A stretch of DNA of 64,000 nucleotides from a virus: positions 96,001 to 160,000 of the IMG/VR virus record IMGVR_UViG_3300025122_000005; one strand, given 5' to 3'. The notes under the pieces are model-generated. The model was given only the letters and a program-made list of their open reading frames with translations, did not search any database and was not told the origin of the DNA. The translations under genes were made by a program, and so were the position numbers. Positions 25,948 through 36,848 of this stretch are shown piece by piece (the stretch's first letter is position 1; every line of letters starts with the position of its first letter).

Positions 25948-28900
25948 ATGAGTTATACAAGACAAGAGCAAGAAGCAAATTTTGTAAGACAATTTAGCTT
26001 ATTGGGAAGAGAAGGGTTTATGTTGGAAGACGGTATTCCGTCCGAAGAGCAAAGACTTACTCACTTCTCCCATCAGCAATTTGATGACGACCGGAATTAT
26101 CCTTTACAGAGACACGATTATGTTGACATCTTGCCAGAAAACCCAGCATTTCCAGGCGCAGATGGTCTTCGCTTAGTGTTGGAAACGGAATTTGTGTATT
26201 CTCCCGACCCTATTATCAATCAGGTGACCGGTCAAGTGCGTCGTCAACCCCCGATTGTTGTTAAAAGTTATTCCACTAGTAACGTTTATGGTGGAGTTAA
26301 TTCTTCAACCAATGAGACCCGGGCATTCCACGATTCTCTTAACACAGTGGAAAGAGAGATTCATTCTGACCCTCCAACGGGATATATTGAAGCTGCAGTT
26401 GCAGAAAGAGAAGAGGAGCAGAGACCTGCGACTCCGGATCTTGAAGTTGACTTAGGGTCTGAAATACGACAACGCTTAGGAGAAGCAGATGTCCTTCTGG
26501 TTGATTTGACCTCATTAAGAGAAAACATAATAAGGACCACCCCGGGCGTAGACGCCCGTCGAGATAGAGAAGCCGAAGCGATTAGAGATAGATATGGTGT
26601 AGAGATTTTAAGCGTTACACTGGGGAACCCCCAAAGACCAGAGACAATAATACAATATAGTTTCCAAGACGCTCGGGCTCTTGCCCCCGCCCGTGCTGCC
26701 ATCACCGGATTAATATCGGAGGAAATAACGGATAGGTGGACGAACATCACCGAGATATTTAATTCTGGAGAAGGCATCCCGGAAGCAAACTACGTAGAAG
26801 AATACGATGAGGTAGATTACAGGGCACCAGAAGGCAGCACAGGTGGCACGCAACCAGGAGAATTGGTGAGGTGGCCACAAGAAGCAGAAATTGAAAGGCT
26901 GATTCACTATTACAACGAGTCACAGGCTGATTTAGACGGAGGACAAACAGCTCGTCAAATTAGTCCCGAGTATGCTGCTTACGGAATATCCATGATAACC
27001 ATTAGGCGATCTCCGATAAGTGAGGCGTGGGATCATGTTGAATCAATTAATGTCGTATATGAAGAACCGAATCGATATACCGGCTCTCAGCAAACATCCA
27101 AGACTTTCATACCAGAAAATAGAATCAGAATTCCTTCGCGAGCTACGAGTCAGGCTCATAGAAACGATGTAGTGATGGCTAGGTTGGAAGAAGAGTTAAT
27201 AGAAATTGATGTATTGATTATTGAACTCGACGAGTTATCTATGGCAGATGACCCTCTTGAAGCCGGAATATTGAAGAAGGTTCGTGAGATCATTGGAAAA
27301 CTGGACAACATTGTATCTAGGGCGAATAGAGAACCCGACGGTGAGGCACGCGCCAGCATAATTTCCAAAGTGGAAGAACAGCGTGAACTAGTCGAACCAC
27401 ATAAAATTTTAGGAGAGCAACTACAAGCTCAACTTCAAGAACTTTATGACGAATCAGACAAAGAGATACAAGAAATATTAGGCAAGAAGCAGTCAATATT
27501 GGCAACAAAAAGATTCATCATTGTTGATTCTAAACAGAGAAGTCTAGAATTTAAACTGCCGATTAAAAAGAACGATAAAAGTATTCAAGTTTTAGTTATC
27601 AAAAAATTCTTGGGATTACCGTTTTCATCCGGCGACATCTTCGATGAGGAAACAAAGAAGAGATTACAGAAGTGGCAACAGGACAACAGCAAGGATATTC
27701 TGGGACTAGAACCAGGCGAGGGTGAATATACTACGGATTTTCATGACCCGCACTTTGTTGAGTCACCGTTGTGGATCACTCAACGCGGGAGAGTAGACAC
27801 TTTATCCTATATTATTATGAAGAGGCAGGGGCTAGCATCTGCGGTTGCAGAGGTTTTAGATGAACTAGGGGACATTCAAGGGTCGATTAGGGGAACAGCC
27901 GCTGACCCTCTAGCAATATTGGGAGAGCGAGAGCCCGGAGACGTTAAGTCTGATCCGTGGGAGGATCCTGATTACTATTACTGTACATGGTTCTCTAACG
28001 CAACCAGAAGAGATATCAATTCCACTCGTGAAGGATCTTACGAGAACTTCTTAAGAAAGCAGTCCGAGATTGCTTTGCGAGAAGGGACAGAGAAGATCTT
28101 TGACCATTATGGGAAATACACTTCTTGGGTAGTGAAGGGGAGCAAGTCGTCTCACAATGTTTATGCGCCTGTGTTATATTACCAGAATAGAATAGAAACA
28201 ACGGCTATTCCGAAAGACAAAGAATATACGTTAACGATAAAGCAACAACCGTTGGCTGTAAACGTGGCTTTGGCGGGTCAAGACACACCTGTAGACGTTT
28301 TATTTGGTCAGGATTTGAAAGAAGGCGCATGGACTATATTTGCCTCTATCCACAAAATTCATAGCCCAACTAGGAGACCAAATTCAAAATTTAAGTTTAC
28401 AATAAGAGTCAACAAGAAGATGCTAGACCAAGTTACTTATCCTCCTGGGCCAACTCAAGCTATGACTCTTGGGGCACTAATTGGGGAAATAAGAGAAACT
28501 GGTAAGCGGATTATTGAAGCGGTTTCTGCAGCTGATGAAATGGCTGAAGAGCTAGCTTCGGCCGCCCACGATAGAGCAAACGACGCCATCGATGCAGTTA
28601 ATAACGCAGGAAAGGCAGTAACAGAGGGCATTGATTGGGTGTCAGAAAACAAAACCGAAGCAGTAAAGAAGGGCGTCGGAGCAGCTTTCGGGATGGCAAA
28701 AAAGTACGCTCGCGACGCAGAGGCGGAAGCTCTCAAGCAATTGAGTGGATTCGGAGACAGAGTCAGTAGGAAGCAGGAAAGAGCATTTCAGGCAGCATTG
28801 GCATCGATGGATATAAGAAGGGAAAGCCTTCCATCGACGGTCACATATGAACCAAGGTATATGGAAGACAAAATTGAGAAAATAAGAGATCTGTTTTTGA

Positions 28901-31900
28901 AATATAGCGCGGACCTTTGGACGTGGAGGATTAAAGGCGGCCGCATGCGCCCTCAAATTGATTTTAAGAAGGAAGCCGATAATCTTAAGGAGGCTTTCAC
29001 TGCCCTTAAAACAATCCTAAGAGCTAACGGATACTCCAACCCAAAGATGGGTGACGAGATAGAGATTACTTTTGAAGAGGTATTGATGGAGAGAAAGGTC
29101 TCTAAAAAACCGCTTAAGACGGTTGAGGATCGTGCCGGTGTAGTTCCTGTCATGATCACATATAAGAAGCCTGGAGAATTTGAAGTGCAAAAGATTCTTC
29201 AGCGAGCCACAAAAAATATGCACAAGAAACATCCGTGGAATAATCCACGAACAATGAATTATTTGATGAATTTGGACGATTTATATAAGGCGGCAATTGA
29301 GGACGCAAGAATATGTTTAGAGGATTTTGAAGAGCTTCTGGGAGCACCGAGAGAGAATATGTTTGAGGTTATCCAACAATTCACAACTCCGTATGTAATA
29401 ATACTGAAGGCTAATGCAAAATCGCAAATTAATTTACCATCGGAGGCAAAATTTTTTGGACCCATAAAGAGATGGCAAGACAAGGCAAACGAAGACTGGA
29501 ATTTAGACGGCAAGAATCCAAAATCAACACTATTCAGGGACGGGATGATAAGGTTCGAAAAGGGAAAGACATATAGTATTATTGATCCGATCCCGAAAGA
29601 AGACCTTTGTACCTTAGAAGAGCTTTATCAGGAGTTTCTAGATAAGTTTGATTTCGCGGCATTATTTTGTAGTTATGCGTCTTGTATACCAGCAATCCCG
29701 TGGCCGATAAAGTTTGACTGGGATTTTGATTGGAAAATGCCACCAATGCCGAAAATGCCCCGTTGGGATCCGTTAAGGATACTCATTCCAATGATTGAAG
29801 CAGCATTATTAGAAATGTTAATCGCATTTTTGTGCGGCTTGGTAAGAGGAATATTGGACCTTATTAAATTCCCCAGTTGTTCAGACTTGTTGGACTACGG
29901 TGCCTCTTTGTGGGACGATGCATGGGGGAAGAAAGAAGGCACAGATAAGAAATTGCTAGTGATGAAGGACGCCGCCAACGCACTGGATGAAATGGACCTT
30001 CCAGTCGAATCTTATTCGGACCTTGCGGATTTATTTGATACTCTCGCAAAGGCTCTTACGCCACCGGAAATGTGCTCTTTGTTGGAAGGAGAGGCAGATA
30101 TAGAGACATTAATAATAGTAAAAGAATTGATGGAAAAGCATTATTCAGGACTAAGTGAGCACCTAAAGAATGAATCTTTAATTGCAGAGTTTTTTGGATT
30201 GTTGGGTCGGTTTATAGATCCGGAATTATGCGCAAAGCTTTCAAACTCTGCTAACGTTGTCGTCGGTGATCTTTGTCCTGACATCGAATCCCCTACGTTG
30301 AGGGACCAATTGTTATCTCAAAACGCCACTCCGGAAGAAGTTTCTCGTGCCATTGTCGATTCGGAGAAGCGTCGCGCCGCCTTAAAGGAATTGATGGAGA
30401 ATAATCCTTTGGACTCTCTTCTCGAAAAAATGAACCTTCCAGGACCATATGATACGGATAGCTCAAATAAGATGGCAAGTTTAGCAATAGAGTCTGTTGT
30501 ACGCAATATAGCGATTGTTTTTAAAAATGATTTATCATTTTTTGTTCCTTCTTTGTTTGAAATGGAAACGTCCCAGAAGGTTCCCGGCGACCCTGGATAT
30601 AATCCTGTCGAGGGAGGACGGTACCAGTTTGTAACAAACCACATTAAGTCGACACTTCCTAGAGTCCAGAGTGTAACAAAAATCAGAGAAGCTGTCGCGG
30701 CTTTGTCGACGGCAGGCGCATCCGGAGTCAGGAACCTTAGTACCCTTGTCAATTCTCTGAGTGATTACAACGACACTGTTGGTTTAGACCTCGTGAACCC
30801 GGACACTGGAGCCCGAGAAAACCTATATCATTATGAATGGGAAACCTATGAGATCATCGGCACCACCCAGCGCATCGGCCGATTCAAAACAGCAGAGGGC
30901 GAAGCGGCTGACATAAACGACGCTAATCAACTAGGGTTTACGATTGGCAGAAAAGGCAACGGCTTTGCAATATATTGGAAAGGTGCGAACATCTTGAAAA
31001 CAGGCAGCGGGGCTTGGGCTAATGATAACGCCGGCCGCGCCGCCGCCATCGCAAAGATGGAGGAGGTAATCGCACAAGAGACTGCCGATGTGCAGCGTAT
31101 CCCCAAGCCAGGGCGAATGGATGTCACTCGCGTCGCAGGATATAAAGTGGTGACGTTTGAGCAGCTTCAAACGGGGACCGGTGCGGATAAAGAGCCAGCT
31201 TTCTTTGACTTGTCCGATCCTTCTGACAGTGCTCTTATGCAAGATATTTTAACTTTTCCCATGAGGAATCTCAAAGATGAGGTAAAGCCGTCTCCTGTGT
31301 TGAGGAGCATACTAGAACAAGAGCAATTACAAGAAATACAAGAGAGATTCGTCAAGTTTGAGCTTCCATCTGAAAAAGATATGATTTATCAAGAAAATTA
31401 CTTTGAAGGTGAAGACATAAGAGATTGCTTTAGCTTGGAAAGACCAAGTAGACTATTTTTTAACTTGGGAGAACCGGAGATGCTTTGGGAGAATAAAACC
31501 TACAACGGATACCTGTCAGAAGAGACTATTAATACAAGATTGCTAGCAAGAGACATCTCCAGGCAAGAGGGCCCAAAACACTTACGTTCTGGTGCTTTTT
31601 CAGAAATGTTTTTAAGTTCTTGGTCAAATACTCTTCAAAGAGTTTATCCGAATATGGGACAAGGCGGCCGCCTCGACCTTGCAAGAAGGGTAAACGGACA
31701 CGGAAATAGTTTGTGGAATAAACTAAATGGTGGTCTTGGAAAATCGGTCACCCATCCGCAAGACTCTTACAGGGTGACTGCGAATATGCTACTAGACAAG
31801 GTGGGAGAAGGTATTCGAAATTCCAGATATTTTGATGTAGAGCAAATAAAAGATTTGGCAGACAGAATCTCTGCAGAATTTATACCTGTTTCTGAAGATG

Positions 31901-34638
31901 AACAAGTTGTTTGTTATGCAAGGAATAGAAATGTAATCAGTTTTAAGAAAATGAGACAAGAAATCATGGACAAGTATAAGGAGATGCTGGATCTCCCAGA
32001 GAATGATCCAATAAAAAGAGACTTTTCTTCTTCCGGTCCTCTCGAAAACAGCATGACTTCTCAATTAACATATGTTTATGTTAAGACTTATATTATAGAA
32101 TTTATGTTGAAGGGTCTTTACGTTTTTTCTAGATTTGGGGCAGGCATGCTAAGTGGAGAACCCATCGTTAATGATTATCTTAAGAGCTACCTCATATCTT
32201 CTTTAAAGGCGGATCTGACTCTTGACGAGCTTAGTAAGGAAGTTTTCGAATCAGAAATTTTAAAATTGGCAAACCGCACTGACCTCGACCGAGCAGTTTC
32301 TGTGCTTATCGATAGTGTTCTCGACGAAGAAGAGATCATAGAAGCAGCAAACAAAATCTTCAAGCCAAGATGCAATTCTTTTAAAGAAGACTTTTTTAAT
32401 GAGTTGACTTCAAATATTCGTGCCGTTCAATCATTAGAACACATAACACCGAGTAGATATGAGAACAGGGGATATCGCAGAGGAATGGTTCCACTACATT
32501 CTAGTTTTGGAGGCGTCTACGAAGACCCTGAAGATTTAAGTCAACCAACTTTCTTTCTAGAAAAGTATTTCAGATTTTCAGAAAATGTTATTAACACGCA
32601 CATCTCTCCTCGACAACCATCCTTCGGCATCCCCGGCGATGCGCCACCACGAAGTGTTGTTCAAAAGATGATTGACGCTGACCCTGATTTTGAGATAAGC
32701 ATAGAAGCATATAAGGGAGTATTTAATCAATACGAATTGAATGAGTTATTAAAACTTTTCTCGGACCACATAGACCGATCAATGAACCTAGAAGGTCCAG
32801 CACTTGAAGCCTGGCGCACGACATATCCGGATGAGATTGAATTTGTGGATAGCATGTACACTCTCGGAAATTTAAAGGTCGGATTAAGATTGGTGTTTGT
32901 CCCCAGTACTGAAGAATATTCTCAAAGAGCCATGGAGCGGATAGACCCAGACCCTTCTTTAAAACCGATAAACGAAACAGACATTTTTGGCAATGGCGGC
33001 ATTGACTCCGAGGAATTCTGGGCACCGGACATGATAGAGCAATTCCAGATCGACCCAGAGCTTATTCCGGGGTCAGAGTTATCCCCGGCTGAGATTCAGG
33101 CACTCTTCCTGCAAGGTCGCGGTCTGGAAGCACAGGCTGCTATCAACGCTGTGGCAGAGGGCGCACGCCAATGGGGATTGATAAACAATCTAAAAACTTT
33201 AAATATGAGTCTTCATGGATTGACAACAAAAACTAGATCGTATATAGCGGATACAAATCCTAGATTTGGGTATATTCGAGGTCCTAGAATTATAGAGGAA
33301 GATCTTTATATTGTTGAGCGCGACGAATCAGGCGAGGATGTCATCAGTGAGATGAACCGCCAAACTCAAGACCCAATCAGGTGGAAAACGGACCCCGCAT
33401 ATGCGATGGGAACGTCTCATCTTGTAAAGATGGAAGAGACTGCAACTTATTCTGCTAATGACGAGGGTGTAGTAACAAGAGAGGTGACAGACTCAGAACA
33501 AGTGGGTATTATGACTGCTGGTAAACCACAAAACATTATGTTTCCAACTCCATTAGTGGAAGTAGAACTGGATTATTGCCCAAAAGAACTTGCACAGATG
33601 CTTCTCACTATCGATAATCCAAGGCAGATGAGACCAGAGTATCACCGCACCGACGATGTCCTGGCGGCAGCAATGTTCGGGTTGGGTCGCAAACAAGAGA
33701 TAACTGTTGGAGATGACCGACAACACATTAGAAGAATAGAGGCATCACCCGACTCAAAGATTGAATATTTGTTTGATTTTATATTTCCGCTTGACAGGTA
33801 CCAGGCTTTATTCATGATATACAATCAAGTAATATTGGACCCTGATCAAGAATTATCAACGATGATGGACCCAACACGGGGAGCGGTAAGAAGATTGGTT
33901 TTGGGACTGAAAAACCCAGCAGGATCGACCGACCTTTCGGCAGCACCACCCGGAGATCTTTTCAATATATTAAATTCAGATCAAACTTCGTTTGGATTTG
34001 GAAATATCGCCGATAAGATAATGGCTGATTTCGCCAAAATAGCTTGGAAAATGGTGAAAAATACAATTCCATCGCTAGTCAGGGGCGGCGCAGCGGCATT
34101 GGACCCTGCTTACAAGGACATGAAGAAGGTTTGGGATGCCGACCCTGCGAAGGTGAGGAGTGGGTTGAATATGTCGTCGTTATCTCACGATTTGTTATTT
34201 TCACCAACTGGTGATAGCGATCCATTAGTAAATGGTTTCGCTGCCGACAAGGACTATATGCCGTTTAACTTTCAGGGCCCAATCGATATCGGGCTTGCTA
34301 TGGGTATGTTAGCCGCCGCGGTCATCCCACCCGGGAACGTCGTTGGTGCCGCTATAGCTACTGACCAATTAGCAACAATTTATGAACATCTTGAAAACGC
34401 CGTAACCGGTAGAGGTGAGAACCGATACGGAAAGTTCATGACCCCGGTGGGTCTTCTTGGGCTGTCAATGCCTGAGTTGTCTGGTGAAAGAGATCGGACG
34501 AGAAAGAGGCGGGGCACTAAGGAATTTAAGATATGTGAAGAAGATCATGAAGACATACTTACTAGTGAAGAGGAAAATGAATCAGCAGCTGCTGCAGCAT
34601 ATGCAGCCAAGGTTGAGGGTCTCACAGGAGGAGATTAA
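25948..34638 (+). CDS. Giant (about 2,900 aa) virion protein, mostly helical, with PG-binding-like segment
   Basis: Uninterrupted ORF between spike and gp25-like genes. LPIKKNDKSIQVLVIKKFL..GDIFDEETKKRLQKWQ resembles PG_binding_1. Likely ATG start 25948 (ORF track 25933). Confidence 0.6.
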   Translation: MSYTRQEQEANFVRQFSLLGREGFMLEDGIPSEEQRLTHFSHQQFDDDRNYPLQRHDYVDILPENPAFPGADGLRLVLETEFVYSPDPIINQVTGQVRRQPPIVVKSYSTSNVYGGVNSSTNETRAFHDSLNTVEREIHSDPPTGYIEAAVAEREEEQRPATPDLEVDLGSEIRQRLGEADVLLVDLTSLRENIIRTTPGVDARRDREAEAIRDRYGVEILSVTLGNPQRPETIIQYSFQDARALAPARAAITGLISEEITDRWTNITEIFNSGEGIPEANYVEEYDEVDYRAPEGSTGGTQPGELVRWPQEAEIERLIHYYNESQADLDGGQTARQISPEYAAYGISMITIRRSPISEAWDHVESINVVYEEPNRYTGSQQTSKTFIPENRIRIPSRATSQAHRNDVVMARLEEELIEIDVLIIELDELSMADDPLEAGILKKVREIIGKLDNIVSRANREPDGEARASIISKVEEQRELVEPHKILGEQLQAQLQELYDESDKEIQEILGKKQSILATKRFIIVDSKQRSLEFKLPIKKNDKSIQVLVIKKFLGLPFSSGDIFDEETKKRLQKWQQDNSKDILGLEPGEGEYTTDFHDPHFVESPLWITQRGRVDTLSYIIMKRQGLASAVAEVLDELGDIQGSIRGTAADPLAILGEREPGDVKSDPWEDPDYYYCTWFSNATRRDINSTREGSYENFLRKQSEIALREGTEKIFDHYGKYTSWVVKGSKSSHNVYAPVLYYQNRIETTAIPKDKEYTLTIKQQPLAVNVALAGQDTPVDVLFGQDLKEGAWTIFASIHKIHSPTRRPNSKFKFTIRVNKKMLDQVTYPPGPTQAMTLGALIGEIRETGKRIIEAVSAADEMAEELASAAHDRANDAIDAVNNAGKAVTEGIDWVSENKTEAVKKGVGAAFGMAKKYARDAEAEALKQLSGFGDRVSRKQERAFQAALASMDIRRESLPSTVTYEPRYMEDKIEKIRDLFLKYSADLWTWRIKGGRMRPQIDFKKEADNLKEAFTALKTILRANGYSNPKMGDEIEITFEEVLMERKVSKKPLKTVEDRAGVVPVMITYKKPGEFEVQKILQRATKNMHKKHPWNNPRTMNYLMNLDDLYKAAIEDARICLEDFEELLGAPRENMFEVIQQFTTPYVIILKANAKSQINLPSEAKFFGPIKRWQDKANEDWNLDGKNPKSTLFRDGMIRFEKGKTYSIIDPIPKEDLCTLEELYQEFLDKFDFAALFCSYASCIPAIPWPIKFDWDFDWKMPPMPKMPRWDPLRILIPMIEAALLEMLIAFLCGLVRGILDLIKFPSCSDLLDYGASLWDDAWGKKEGTDKKLLVMKDAANALDEMDLPVESYSDLADLFDTLAKALTPPEMCSLLEGEADIETLIIVKELMEKHYSGLSEHLKNESLIAEFFGLLGRFIDPELCAKLSNSANVVVGDLCPDIESPTLRDQLLSQNATPEEVSRAIVDSEKRRAALKELMENNPLDSLLEKMNLPGPYDTDSSNKMASLAIESVVRNIAIVFKNDLSFFVPSLFEMETSQKVPGDPGYNPVEGGRYQFVTNHIKSTLPRVQSVTKIREAVAALSTAGASGVRNLSTLVNSLSDYNDTVGLDLVNPDTGARENLYHYEWETYEIIGTTQRIGRFKTAEGEAADINDANQLGFTIGRKGNGFAIYWKGANILKTGSGAWANDNAGRAAAIAKMEEVIAQETADVQRIPKPGRMDVTRVAGYKVVTFEQLQTGTGADKEPAFFDLSDPSDSALMQDILTFPMRNLKDEVKPSPVLRSILEQEQLQEIQERFVKFELPSEKDMIYQENYFEGEDIRDCFSLERPSRLFFNLGEPEMLWENKTYNGYLSEETINTRLLARDISRQEGPKHLRSGAFSEMFLSSWSNTLQRVYPNMGQGGRLDLARRVNGHGNSLWNKLNGGLGKSVTHPQDSYRVTANMLLDKVGEGIRNSRYFDVEQIKDLADRISAEFIPVSEDEQVVCYARNRNVISFKKMRQEIMDKYKEMLDLPENDPIKRDFSSSGPLENSMTSQLTYVYVKTYIIEFMLKGLYVFSRFGAGMLSGEPIVNDYLKSYLISSLKADLTLDELSKEVFESEILKLANRTDLDRAVSVLIDSVLDEEEIIEAANKIFKPRCNSFKEDFFNELTSNIRAVQSLEHITPSRYENRGYRRGMVPLHSSFGGVYEDPEDLSQPTFFLEKYFRFSENVINTHISPRQPSFGIPGDAPPRSVVQKMIDADPDFEISIEAYKGVFNQYELNELLKLFSDHIDRSMNLEGPALEAWRTTYPDEIEFVDSMYTLGNLKVGLRLVFVPSTEEYSQRAMERIDPDPSLKPINETDIFGNGGIDSEEFWAPDMIEQFQIDPELIPGSELSPAEIQALFLQGRGLEAQAAINAVAEGARQWGLINNLKTLNMSLHGLTTKTRSYIADTNPRFGYIRGPRIIEEDLYIVERDESGEDVISEMNRQTQDPIRWKTDPAYAMGTSHLVKMEETATYSANDEGVVTREVTDSEQVGIMTAGKPQNIMFPTPLVEVELDYCPKELAQMLLTIDNPRQMRPEYHRTDDVLAAAMFGLGRKQEITVGDDRQHIRRIEASPDSKIEYLFDFIFPLDRYQALFMIYNQVILDPDQELSTMMDPTRGAVRRLVLGLKNPAGSTDLSAAPPGDLFNILNSDQTSFGFGNIADKIMADFAKIAWKMVKNTIPSLVRGGAAALDPAYKDMKKVWDADPAKVRSGLNMSSLSHDLLFSPTGDSDPLVNGFAADKDYMPFNFQGPIDIGLAMGMLAAAVIPPGNVVGAAIATDQLATIYEHLENAVTGRGENRYGKFMTPVGLLGLSMPELSGERDRTRKRRGTKEFKICEEDHEDILTSEEENESAAAAAYAAKVEGLTGGD

Positions 34639-34640
34639 TT

Positions 34641-35036
34641 ATGGCTGGTATATCAGTAAAATTGCCATTAGAGCGCGACGCTCAAGATGGATATGCCCTA
34701 AACAAGACAACTCTAGAAGCAGTAAAACAGAATCTTAAAATGGTCGTTTTGACATCACCCGGAGAGAGAGTTATGGAACCGACCTTCGGTGTTGGTCTAA
34801 AGAGGTTTTTATTTGAATTAGCCAACGAACATACTTACGACAATATCAGAACAACGATCACATCGCAGGTGGGGAAGTGGTTACCATTTATAAAGATTTT
34901 GGGGATAGCGATTAGAGGACCGGATGACAACACTTTTATATCAAGTGGCGTACCATTGTCTATACAAATACAATATACGGTACCGGGATTGAATACTGCG
35001 GATATTCTTGAAATAAGTATGCCCGAAACTACTTAA
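34641..35036 (+). CDS. Baseplate wedge/sheath-initiator protein, T4 gp25-like
   Basis: AVKQNLKMVVLTSPGERVMEPTFGVGLKRFLFE; RBS AGGAGGAG. Confidence 0.88.
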   Translation: MAGISVKLPLERDAQDGYALNKTTLEAVKQNLKMVVLTSPGERVMEPTFGVGLKRFLFELANEHTYDNIRTTITSQVGKWLPFIKILGIAIRGPDDNTFISSGVPLSIQIQYTVPGLNTADILEISMPETT

Positions 35037-35038
35037 TA
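35029..35038 (+). promoter_or_regulatory. Candidate late-promoter motif CTACTTAATA
   Basis: Overlaps the gp25-like stop codon, upstream of the gp6-like ATG; 9/10 identical to the 22187 and 58976 motifs. Confidence 0.4.
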
Positions 35039-35054
35039 GAGGGGAAAACATAAA

Positions 35055-36848
35055 ATGCCAAAAAAAATAATTCCTATAAAATATACCAATAGAGACTTTT
35101 CTTCGATAAGAGAATCATTGCTGGAACATGCAAAAAGGTATTATCCAAATACGTATAGGGATTTTAACGAAGCTGGTTTTGGTTCCTTAATGATCGATAC
35201 GGTGTCTTACGTCGGCGATGTTTTATCATTTTATTTAGACTACCAGGCAAATGAGTCATTTTTGGAAACAGCAGCAGAGTATGAGAATGTTCTCAAGTTG
35301 TCAAAATTTTTAGGATTTAGTTTTAACAAGGCACCCTCTTCCTACGGAACGTGTCAGTTTTATGCTTTGGTACCTGTATCAGTAGCAACTGGTGCTCCTG
35401 ATACTAGATATTCACCAACTTTGAAGGCGGGATCTACGGTAGCTACTGCTGGAGGTGTGTCCTTCACACTACTTGATGATGTGTCTTTTGCAGACTCGGT
35501 TAACGAAGTTATTGTAGCAAAAGTGAACGATGACACCGGGGCACCTACATATTTTGCTGTTAAAGCGGAAGGTAGAATCGTATCTGGGGAATTATTGGAA
35601 CACGTGGAAACGGTTGACGCATTCGAAAGATTTCTTAAGGTGGTCATCCCGGGAGATAATGTTTCTGCGATTGTTCAAGTAACGGACTCCGAGGGTCACG
35701 AATATTTTGAGGTTGAGCATTTATCGCAAAATTCTATTTATAAGCCTGTGACAAACAAGAACGCAAAAAACGATTCGGTTCCAAACATCCTGAAGAAGAT
35801 AGCAGTCCCTAGAAGATTTGCAGTGGAACACCTCGACGACACAACCACTATTCAATTCGGATATGGATCTGAAAACGAACTGGTGAGCGGTTCAATCGCA
35901 GACCCCGCAAACGTTGCCCTCAAGAGACACGCAAGAGAATATATATCAGATACAAGTATCGACCCTACAAAACTTACTTCTACTGATAAGTTTGGCGTAG
36001 CACCTGCGAACACTATGCTATCAGTCGTATACCGATCTAATACTTCTGAGAATGTTAACGCGGGTTCTGGCCAAGTAAATCGAGTCGTTGATGCTGTAGT
36101 GGACTTTGACAATGTTGCTTCCTTGAATGAGGATATAAGGCGATATGTTGTAAATTCAATAGAGGTTTCGAATGAGGATCCAATAGTCGGAGATATAAGT
36201 ATTCCCGGCGTCGAGGAACTGAAAATCCGGGCACTGGGGAACTTCTCTGCCCAGAATAGAGCTGTTACAAGACAAGATTATATAAGTATGGCGTATGCAA
36301 TGCCAGGGCACTTCGGCGCAATAAAGCGATGCACCATTTTCAGAGATAACGACTCTTTTAAGAGAAATCTAAATATGTATGTTATTTCTGAGAACGCCGA
36401 GGGAGACTTGGTGAGAGCAAACAATACTATAAAACAAAATCTAAAAACATGGCTGAATGGTGTTAGAATGATTAATGATACTATTGATATATTAGACGCT
36501 TTTATTATAAATGTTGGCGTAGAGTTTGATATAGTAATAGAAGAAAACGCTAATAAGTATGAAGTATTGAGAATGGCACAGTTGGCGATAGAAGAGCAGT
36601 TTCTCTTGCAAAGAGAAATGGGAGAGCCAATAGTGGTTTCCGACTTTTTTAAAGCACTAAAAGATGTAGAGGAAATAGTGGATGTTGTTAGTGTTAGGGT
36701 GGTTAATAAATCCGGATCACCGTATTCATCACTTGATTATGATATTAAAGGAAATTCGTCAAAAGATGGGAGAGTAATATACGCTCCTCGTACTGCGGTC
36801 TTTGAATTAAAATATCCGGAAGTTGATATAAAAGGTAAAATTGTTTAA
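35055..36848 (+). CDS. Baseplate wedge protein, T4 gp6/P2 gpJ-like
   Basis: YTNRDFSSIRESL..AKRYYP..YRDFNE, SFYLDYQANESFL, AQNRAVTRQDY; follows the gp25-like gene. Confidence 0.85.
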   Translation: MPKKIIPIKYTNRDFSSIRESLLEHAKRYYPNTYRDFNEAGFGSLMIDTVSYVGDVLSFYLDYQANESFLETAAEYENVLKLSKFLGFSFNKAPSSYGTCQFYALVPVSVATGAPDTRYSPTLKAGSTVATAGGVSFTLLDDVSFADSVNEVIVAKVNDDTGAPTYFAVKAEGRIVSGELLEHVETVDAFERFLKVVIPGDNVSAIVQVTDSEGHEYFEVEHLSQNSIYKPVTNKNAKNDSVPNILKKIAVPRRFAVEHLDDTTTIQFGYGSENELVSGSIADPANVALKRHAREYISDTSIDPTKLTSTDKFGVAPANTMLSVVYRSNTSENVNAGSGQVNRVVDAVVDFDNVASLNEDIRRYVVNSIEVSNEDPIVGDISIPGVEELKIRALGNFSAQNRAVTRQDYISMAYAMPGHFGAIKRCTIFRDNDSFKRNLNMYVISENAEGDLVRANNTIKQNLKTWLNGVRMINDTIDILDAFIINVGVEFDIVIEENANKYEVLRMAQLAIEEQFLLQREMGEPIVVSDFFKALKDVEEIVDVVSVRVVNKSGSPYSSLDYDIKGNSSKDGRVIYAPRTAVFELKYPEVDIKGKIV

